Assembly: GCA_947451285.1 (NCBI GenBank)
Contig: CANFYL010000002.1
Location: forward strand, 12,688 to 76,687
DNA length: 64,000 nucleotides
Direction: 5' to 3'
Origin: Comamonadaceae bacterium
GTDB taxonomy: Bacteria > Pseudomonadota > Gammaproteobacteria > Burkholderiales > Burkholderiaceae_C
The notes below the pieces were generated by a model. That model ran no database searches and was not told the DNA's origin. It worked only from the letters and a program-made list of their open reading frames with translations. Made by a program: the position numbers and the translations under genes. Positions 57,305 to 64,000 of this stretch are shown in pieces. Within the stretch, counting starts at the first letter, position 1; each line of letters opens with the position of its first letter.

Positions 57305-58687
57305 TTAATTGATGCAGCCCAGACGGACCAAATCATTAAAGGAGGAAAAAAACATGAGCCCCATCAAAAATAGCAGTCCGACAAGCTGCATGACATCAAG
57401 CCATTGCGCCGCTGGGGGATGCCCAGTGAAAGCTTCATAAAGATAATACAACAGGTGCCCGCCGTCGAGGAGAGGAACAGGCAAGAGGTTGAAGACAGTT
57501 AAACTGAGACTTATGAAAGCCAAATAGGACAAATATGGCGTCAATCCCAAACTGGCAGATTGCCCAGCGAACTCGGCCATCGCCAAAGGACCACTGAGGT
57601 TATCCAAGGATGCTTGGCCTGAAAACAGGCGTCCGATCATGTCAAGGGTCAACCCAGTCGCCTCAAAGGCTCGCACAAACCCGCGGACCATTCCATCCCA
57701 TGGTCCTACTTGTACCCAAACCTGTTGCGGCGGCTCGCCAATTAAGGCGCCAATGCGACCAAATCGAATTCCTTTTTCTTCTACTAAATCAGGTACAACT
57801 TCCAGCCGAATCAAGCCCACACCGGAACGTTGTATTTCCCACATTAGAGGCACCTTTTGATCACGCTCCCCATATGCTCGAATAGCCCAACGTAGGCTAG
57901 CAGCATCATTCACATGCCGTCCATCTAAGCTCAAAACCAAGTCACCAGGTATGAGCCCAGATCGCTCGGCAGCAAGACCGGACTGTATTTGGCCGATCAC
58001 AGGTGCGCTCCAAGCTCCGCCCAACCCAAATTCGGTCAAACCCATCGCTTTATGCGATGAGTCAACTGATGCACTTGCATCATTCAAAGTGAGCTTATAA
58101 ACTTTTAGACCACGGTCAGACTGGACCTCAATAAACAAATCGTTACGCAAAAAGTTTTGTTGCATCGCCCACCATCTCATGGCCTCGATGGAAGCGATGC
58201 TTTGCATGGATGATTCCGATATGCCCACGCGCAGAACCAACTCACCGCCAATAAGACCAGCAGACTCAGCAACTGACCCCTGCCGCGGCGAGGCCAAAAT
58301 CGGCTTAGTTTCGAACTGCCCAAGCCAGCTAACCGCACCAAATAGTGCTATTGCGAGCAACAAGTTAGCTAAAGGACCAGCCAAGACTATGGCAGCCCGT
58401 TTCCAAAGGTCTTGGCGATTCAAAGCCATCGAAGCGGTTTTTGGGGAGATAAGGGTGGCATCATCTTCAAGCATCTTGATGTAGCCACCCAAAGGAATCA
58501 AACAAATTAAAAATTCTGTATCCTGAAAGGGAAAAGGATTGCTCGACCGCCAACGTATCAATGGCCGGCCCAGTCCTACTGATACAGTTTCAACCTTGAC
58601 TCCGCAAGCGACTGCCATCCTGTAATGGCCCCATTCGTGAACCGCAATCAAAAGTCCCAGCGCACCTAGAAAGGCAAGCACCGTCAT
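57305..58687 (-). CDS. rseP: RIP metalloprotease RseP
   Basis: HEWGH, PLGGY, AGPLAN, PDZ-like segments, NLLPVPLLDGGH. Confidence 0.93.
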   Translation of the reverse strand: MTVLAFLGALGLLIAVHEWGHYRMAVACGVKVETVSVGLGRPLIRWRSSNPFPFQDTEFLICLIPLGGYIKMLEDDATLISPKTASMALNRQDLWKRAAIVLAGPLANLLLAIALFGAVSWLGQFETKPILASPRQGSVAESAGLIGGELVLRVGISESSMQSIASIEAMRWWAMQQNFLRNDLFIEVQSDRGLKVYKLTLNDASASVDSSHKAMGLTEFGLGGAWSAPVIGQIQSGLAAERSGLIPGDLVLSLDGRHVNDAASLRWAIRAYGERDQKVPLMWEIQRSGVGLIRLEVVPDLVEEKGIRFGRIGALIGEPPQQVWVQVGPWDGMVRGFVRAFEATGLTLDMIGRLFSGQASLDNLSGPLAMAEFAGQSASLGLTPYLSYLAFISLSLTVFNLLPVPLLDGGHLLYYLYEAFTGHPPAAQWLDVMQLVGLLFLMGLMFFSSFNDLVRLGCIN

Positions 58688-59898
58688 GGCAGTGGCAGTC
58701 GCTGCACCAAGGACTCAGAAACAAAACGCGCCTGACGATCCAAAGCAAGCAGGTCATCCAGTTCCCCCGGGGGGGATGGATTGAGTTGCTCTAAGCAAGA
58801 CATAACAACCCAATGAATTTGGTCAAAGCGAATTCGGCGTGCTAAAAATGAAGCAACTGCCACTTCATTGGCAGCATTCAAAATTGCGGTCGTTCCCGCA
58901 GGCCCACGCAAAGCATCCCAGGCCAGGCGTAAGCCTGGAAAGCGTTCTGGATGGCCATGCTGATCCATACTTTCAAAGGTCATGGGAGACATAACACGAA
59001 AGTCCAGGGCTTGAGCCCCGGATGTGATTCGTTCAGGCCAGCTCAAACCATATGCTATCGGACCACGCATGTCTGGTGTACCCATTTGTGCAACTACCGA
59101 TGCATCGCGGAACTGCACCATGGAATGGATCACACTTTGTGGGTGAATGACTACCTCAATACGTTCCGGCGCAATATCAAATAAGTAACGCGCTTCAATT
59201 ACCTCGAGGGCCTTGTTCATCATAGTGGCGGAGTCGACCGAAATTTTTCGTCCCATGACCCAATTGGGATGTGAACACGCCTCTTCGGGAGTGACGTCTT
59301 TGAGTGTTTTGTGGTCTCGCTTACGAAATGGACCACCAGATGCTGTCAAGATAATCTTCTCAACTCGCGCATCCCAAGTTTTAGGGTCTTCAGGCAATGA
59401 TTGAAAAATGGCGGAGTGCTCGCTATCTATGGGCAACAAGGATCCTCCTCCTGCTCGTACCGCGGCCAAGAAAACCCCTCCACCAACAACCAAGGCTTCT
59501 TTGTTTGCGAGCAATAAGCGCTTTCCAGCTCGCGCAGCAGCTAAGCAAGGAGCAAGTCCAGCTGCGCCAACTATCGCGGCCATCACCACGTCAACCTCAG
59601 GATTAGATGACACGTCCAACAAAGCTTGGTCACCACTTTGAACATCGACAGACAAGCCCTCGGACTTGACTTTATCCTTCAATAACAAGGCAGCTTCTTT
59701 ATGCGCCATAACGACAATACGGGGCTTAAATTGAAAACATTGGCGCAGCATCAAGTCAACTTGAGAAGCGCCAGTCAATGCGAATATTTGAAAGCGACCT
59801 GGATGACGCTGAACCACATCCAAGGTATTGACACCAATTGACCCCGTTGAGCCCAAAACAGTGAGCATTTGCCGATTGAAATATTTATCTGATGTCAT
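58684..59898 (-). CDS. dxr: 1-deoxy-D-xylulose-5-phosphate reductoisomerase
   Basis: LGSTGSIG, LANKE, PIDSEH, DSATMMNK, NAANE. Confidence 0.96.
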   Translation of the reverse strand: MTSDKYFNRQMLTVLGSTGSIGVNTLDVVQRHPGRFQIFALTGASQVDLMLRQCFQFKPRIVVMAHKEAALLLKDKVKSEGLSVDVQSGDQALLDVSSNPEVDVVMAAIVGAAGLAPCLAAARAGKRLLLANKEALVVGGGVFLAAVRAGGGSLLPIDSEHSAIFQSLPEDPKTWDARVEKIILTASGGPFRKRDHKTLKDVTPEEACSHPNWVMGRKISVDSATMMNKALEVIEARYLFDIAPERIEVVIHPQSVIHSMVQFRDASVVAQMGTPDMRGPIAYGLSWPERITSGAQALDFRVMSPMTFESMDQHGHPERFPGLRLAWDALRGPAGTTAILNAANEVAVASFLARRIRFDQIHWVVMSCLEQLNPSPPGELDDLLALDRQARFVSESLVQRLPLP

Positions 59899-60734
59899 AA
59901 CAGAGATTGAAGCACCATCAGCGCAAGCGGCAAAGTTGGCAACATGGCATCAACACGGTCTAGTACGCCACCATGGCCTGGCAACAATCGACTGCTGTCT
60001 TTGACTCCTGCACTACGTTTCACCAAAGATTCCACTAAGTCACCCAAAACGCTCATTGCCACTAAGAAGAGAAGGGCAAGGACCAGAAACCCCCAACCTC
60101 GAGCATATAAGCGAGAGAACAAACTCAGGCTATCAACTGGCCACTGCGCATCGAACCAAACCCAAATTCCTGCCATCAGAACAACGCCCAACACCCCCCC
60201 CAAAACACCTTCCCAGCTTTTGCCAGGACTTATGAGCACAGCCAATTTATGACGCCCAAATGCACGGCCTGAAAAATAAGCTGCGATGTCAGCCATCCAA
60301 ACGATTAACAGCAAAGAAAACAAAAAATTAATTCCGTAAACCTTGGCTTGAAACATCGCGAGCCAAGAAGCCGATAAAGCAATCACACCGGCGATCAGCC
60401 GCACAGCAAGCGGAATACTTTGCCAGCCTTCGACTCCGCGACGAACTAACCAAACGCCAGCAAGTACCCATGCCCCACCCACAAGCGGCCAGAGCAGGGA
60501 GGGTGGTTCATGAGCCCATCGCTCAGACCAAATCAAAAGGCAAATGACCAAGCAAAAAACCGCACAACCCATCGCACCCCGCATGCTCAAACCGTTCAAG
60601 CGGCCCCATTCCCAAGCCGCAGCAGCAATAAGGACCAAGCTCAATATCGCCAAAGGCTGAGCCGTTGGCGCAAAAAGCGCTGGCAGCAAAAGTGCCATTA
60701 GCACAATAGCGGTGATAATCCGTTGCCTGAGCAT
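59895..60734 (-). CDS. cdsA: Phosphatidate cytidylyltransferase
   Basis: MLRQRIITA, SPGKSWEG, KRSAGVKDS, PGHGGVLDRVD. Confidence 0.94.
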   Translation of the reverse strand: MLRQRIITAIVLMALLLPALFAPTAQPLAILSLVLIAAAAWEWGRLNGLSMRGAMGCAVFCLVICLLIWSERWAHEPPSLLWPLVGGAWVLAGVWLVRRGVEGWQSIPLAVRLIAGVIALSASWLAMFQAKVYGINFLFSLLLIVWMADIAAYFSGRAFGRHKLAVLISPGKSWEGVLGGVLGVVLMAGIWVWFDAQWPVDSLSLFSRLYARGWGFLVLALLFLVAMSVLGDLVESLVKRSAGVKDSSRLLPGHGGVLDRVDAMLPTLPLALMVLQSLL

Positions 60735-60741
60735 GGAGGTT

Positions 60742-61302
60742 TTATACCGCCATGATTTCTTGTTCTTTACTTGCAATCACTTTATCAATATCAGCGATGT
60801 GTTTATCCGTAAATTTTTGGATGTCAGCTTCTGCACGTTTTTGATCATCTTCGGATGCCAGCTTTTCTTTAACTAACTTTTTAATAGATTCATTGGCGTC
60901 TCTGCGTAAATTACGTACAGCTACTTTGGCACTTTCACCTTCGGATCGCACGACCTTGGTCAATTCTTTACGTCTTTCTTCAGACATGGGGGGCATAGGA
61001 ACGCGAATGAGCTCCCCCATGGAAGAGGGGTTTAACCCTAAATCGCTGTCACGAATTGCTTTTTCAATTTTTGCGGACATGCCTTTTTCCCAGGGCTGAA
61101 CACTGATGGTCCTTGCATCGAGTAAAGACACATTAGCCACTTGACCAATCGGCACCAGTGAGCCGTAATAGTCAACTTGTACCGAATCCAAAAGTGCCGG
61201 ACTTGCACGCCCAGTTCGAATCTTGGTTAAGCTGCTACTAAACGCCGCAATTGACTGACCCATCTTGGTTTCTGCATTTTTATTAATATCAGCAATAGTC
61301 AC
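60742..61302 (-). CDS. frr: Ribosome recycling factor
   Basis: [26 protein letters not shown]. Confidence 0.95.
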   Translation of the reverse strand: MTIADINKNAETKMGQSIAAFSSSLTKIRTGRASPALLDSVQVDYYGSLVPIGQVANVSLLDARTISVQPWEKGMSAKIEKAIRDSDLGLNPSSMGELIRVPMPPMSEERRKELTKVVRSEGESAKVAVRNLRRDANESIKKLVKEKLASEDDQKRAEADIQKFTDKHIADIDKVIASKEQEIMAV

Positions 61303-61348
61303 AAATACTCCTAATCTTAAAGCTTGAATGGGTTAGGTAAAACGAACT

Positions 61349-62071
61349 TCAAGCGTGCACCAATGTGCCCTCGTCTTGACCCATTACGACACGTTTGAGG
61401 GCCCCATTTTTGAAAATTGAAAACACTTTCACAGGCAATTTTTGATCTCGGCACAAAGCAAACGCCGTTGCGTCCATGATCCCAAGGTTTTGACTGATCG
61501 CCTCATCAAAACTCAATTGGCTGTAGCGGGTTGCATTTGGGTCCTTCTTAGGGTCTGCCGAATAAACCCCATCAACTTTTGTCGCTTTCAAAACCATTTC
61601 AGCGCCAATTTCAGCTCCGCGCAACGCAGCAGCTGTATCGGTTGTGAAAAAGGGGTTTCCCGTACCAGCTGCAAAGATTACCACCTTACCCTCTTCCAAA
61701 TACTGGAGAGCCTTAGGTCTCACATAGGGTTCAACTACCTGATCGATTGCGATAGCAGACATCACACGTGCGGTCAATCCTGCCTTATTCATAGTGTCGG
61801 CCAACGCCAAAGAATTCATGACAGTAGCCAACATGCCCATATAGTCTGCTGTGGCGCGATCCATGCCTACAGCGCCGCCTGCTACACCTCGAAAAATATT
61901 TCCGCCACCGATGACAATGGCGACTTCAACGCCTAGACGGATGACATCAGATACTTCATCAACAATACGAACGATCGTAGAGCGGTTGATGCCAAAAGCA
62001 TCATCGCCCATCAAGGCCTCACCGGACAGCTTGAGCAAAACGCGCTTGTGGGCTGGCTTGGCTGATGTCAT
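61349..62071 (-). CDS. pyrH: UMP kinase
   Basis: [24 protein letters not shown]. Confidence 0.96.
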   Translation of the reverse strand: MTSAKPAHKRVLLKLSGEALMGDDAFGINRSTIVRIVDEVSDVIRLGVEVAIVIGGGNIFRGVAGGAVGMDRATADYMGMLATVMNSLALADTMNKAGLTARVMSAIAIDQVVEPYVRPKALQYLEEGKVVIFAAGTGNPFFTTDTAAALRGAEIGAEMVLKATKVDGVYSADPKKDPNATRYSQLSFDEAISQNLGIMDATAFALCRDQKLPVKVFSIFKNGALKRVVMGQDEGTLVHA

Positions 62072-62118
62072 GAAAGAGCTCCTTGAAAATTGCGGCAGTT
62101 GTTTTAAATTGGGATGTC

Positions 62119-62143
62119 AAAAGGGGAGCTAATGCTCCCCTTT
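62119..62143 (-). terminator. Intrinsic terminator after tsf
   Basis: AAAAGGGGAGC-TAAT-GCTCCCCTTT inverted repeat. Confidence 0.75.
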
Positions 62144-62148
62144 GGTTT

Positions 62149-63042
62149 TTAAGCCGACTGTTTAGCGGCAGCAACTTGTGCAGCGACTTCTGCAGCGAAG
62201 TCGTCCACTTTCTTCTCAATTCCTTCCCCCACAACGAACAAAGTAAAGGCCTTTACATTTGTGTTCGCAGATTTAAGCATTTGCTCGACAGTCTGTTTAT
62301 CGTTTTTGACAAAAGGCTGATTGAATAAAGATACCTCTTTCAGGTACTTTTGTACCGAACCTTCAATCATTTTCCCGGCGATATCAGCAGGTTTGCCAGA
62401 CTCAGCAGCCTTTGCAATCGCCACAGATCGTTCTCTGTCAATCAGATCAGCAGGAACATCAGCACTAGTTAAAGCAACTGGTTTCATTGCAGCAACATGC
62501 ATGGCAACGTCTTTGGCTGCAACCAAGTCACCCTGGAACTCAACGACAACACCAATGCGCGTTCCGTGTAAGTAAGACGCCAATTGCGAAGAGCCATCGA
62601 ATCGTTTGAATCGTCGAAAACTCATGTTCTCGCCAATCTTCCCAATTAATCCCTTGCGCACATCTTCCAAAGTTGGACCAAACCCATCTTGACTATAGGG
62701 TAAAGCACCCAACTCATCTACAGAGGGCGGATTATTGGTGACTATTAATTGAGCTGCGGCTTGAGCTAATGCTAAAAAGCTATCGTTTTTTGTGACAAAG
62801 TCTGTTTCGCAGTTAACTTCTAACAAAGAACCTGTGTTTCCACTGATAAAGCTTGTGATTACACCTTCTGCGGTCACACGACTAGCTGCTTTACCGGCCT
62901 TACTACCGAGTTTGACACGCAACAATTCTTCAGCTTTGGTCATATCCCCCTCAGCTTCAGTAAGTGCTTTTTTGCACTCCATCATGGGGGCATCAGTTTT
63001 GGCGCGCAATTCAGCGACCATACTTGCAGTGATAGCTGCCAT
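62149..63042 (-). CDS. tsf: Elongation factor Ts
   Basis: [31 protein letters not shown]. Confidence 0.97.
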   Translation of the reverse strand: MAAITASMVAELRAKTDAPMMECKKALTEAEGDMTKAEELLRVKLGSKAGKAASRVTAEGVITSFISGNTGSLLEVNCETDFVTKNDSFLALAQAAAQLIVTNNPPSVDELGALPYSQDGFGPTLEDVRKGLIGKIGENMSFRRFKRFDGSSQLASYLHGTRIGVVVEFQGDLVAAKDVAMHVAAMKPVALTSADVPADLIDRERSVAIAKAAESGKPADIAGKMIEGSVQKYLKEVSLFNQPFVKNDKQTVEQMLKSANTNVKAFTLFVVGEGIEKKVDDFAAEVAAQVAAAKQSA

Positions 63043-63080
63043 ACATTTCTCCGTCTTCAGTTCAATTCAATTGGGGTGTG

Positions 63081-63106
63081 AAAAAGGGGCCGCTTGAGCC
63101 CCTTTT
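63081..63106 (-). terminator. Hairpin/attenuator between rpsB and tsf
   Basis: AAAAGGGGC...GCCCCTTTT inverted repeat followed by U5 on the minus strand. Confidence 0.65.
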
Positions 63107-63123
63107 GTAAATTGGGTGCCGGT

Positions 63124-63864
63124 TTACGCAGCAACTTCAACAAATTCGTCACTCACTTGAGCTACTGCAGCAACAACTTCATTGACGGCATTGGCACGCC
63201 CTTCAAGAATAGCGTCGGCAATACCGCGAGCGTATAACGTAACCGCTTTAGAAGAGTCGTCATTACCTGGAATGACGTAATCAATGCCTTCAGGCGAGTG
63301 ATTGGAATCCACAACACCAATCAAGGGAATGCCAAGCTTCTTAGCCTCCAAGATCGCAATTTTGTGATAACCAACGTCAATCACAAAAATAGCATCCGGC
63401 AAAGTAGCCATGTCTTGAATGCCGCCTATATCTTTTTCGAGCTTTTCAATTTCGCGCTTGAACATCAACTGCTCTTTCTTAGACAAAGCATCTAATCCAG
63501 CCTCTTGCTGTGTCTTCATGTCTTTAAGACGCTTGATGGAAGTCTTGACCGTTTTGAAATTGGTCAACATACCACCTAACCAGCGCTGGTCAACAAAAGG
63601 GACACCTGCGCGTTGTGCCTCAGCAGCCACAATATCTCGAGATTGACGTTTGGTCCCTACCATCAAAACAGTACCGCGGTTAGAAGCCAGTTGCTTAACA
63701 AACTTGGCTGCATCCTGAAACATCGGCAACGACTTCTCAAGGTTGATGATGTGAATTTTGTTGCGATGACCAAAAATGAACGGGGCCATCTTGGGATTCC
63801 AAAAGCGTGTTTGGTGTCCAAAGTGGACGCCGGCTTCTAGCATTTCGCGCATCGTGACTGACAT
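63124..63864 (-). CDS. rpsB: 30S ribosomal protein S2
   Basis: [28 protein letters not shown]. Confidence 0.97.
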   Translation of the reverse strand: MSVTMREMLEAGVHFGHQTRFWNPKMAPFIFGHRNKIHIINLEKSLPMFQDAAKFVKQLASNRGTVLMVGTKRQSRDIVAAEAQRAGVPFVDQRWLGGMLTNFKTVKTSIKRLKDMKTQQEAGLDALSKKEQLMFKREIEKLEKDIGGIQDMATLPDAIFVIDVGYHKIAILEAKKLGIPLIGVVDSNHSPEGIDYVIPGNDDSSKAVTLYARGIADAILEGRANAVNEVVAAVAQVSDEFVEVAA

Positions 63865-63960
63865 ATGAATTCTCCAAAGGTTGGGTCTAAAATTCAGCCC
63901 GTCATCGCCGCATGTTTTGAATTCAAAAATTTGGCAACACCTTGAGTGGGCTGATTTGCG
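63865..63960 (-). ncRNA. rpsB 5' leader (S2 autoregulatory / t44-like RNA)
   Basis: TCAGCCC/GGGCTGA closing stem (63894-63954) followed by a TAGACCCAACC tract and GGAG RBS; position matches the known rpsB leader. Confidence 0.55.
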
Positions 63961-64000
63961 TGTGATGTTTTATAAAGACAGATCTCAAATGAGATTTGCA

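Overview
This 64-kb window is core chromosome from a betaproteobacterium. Gene content and order point to Burkholderiales/Comamonadaceae, possibly Limnohabitans-like (inference only). It is densely coding with mostly housekeeping genes: parEC, dapA-bamC, dut-coaBC, pyrG-kdsA-eno-ftsB, hslO, xerD, rpmE2, pstSCAB-phoU-phoBR, rlmE-ftsH-folP-glmM, carAB-greA, and the rpsB-tsf-pyrH-frr-cdsA-dxr-rseP-bamA-skp-lpxD-fabZ-lpxA-lpxB-rnhB-trmH cluster. I saw no rRNA, tRNA, CRISPR array, transposase or prophage, and I cannot support a clear novel multi-gene system. The best leads are: (1) uppS is cleanly absent from its usual slot between frr and cdsA; (2) a three-hairpin structured 5' leader with an upstream palindrome precedes a small Ala/Pro-rich lipoprotein gene; (3) structured leaders sit upstream of carA and rpmE2; (4) a tandem pair of paralogous secreted His/Pro-rich two-Cys proteins; (5) an orphan beta-barrel-like gene between glmM and the PHO-box-controlled pstS; (6) several small unannotated proteins, namely a 42-aa membrane peptide missed by the ORF track, a Cys4 zinc-finger-like protein, and a mini P-loop protein with a Cys/His tail. 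All calls come from reading motifs by eye; no searches were run.
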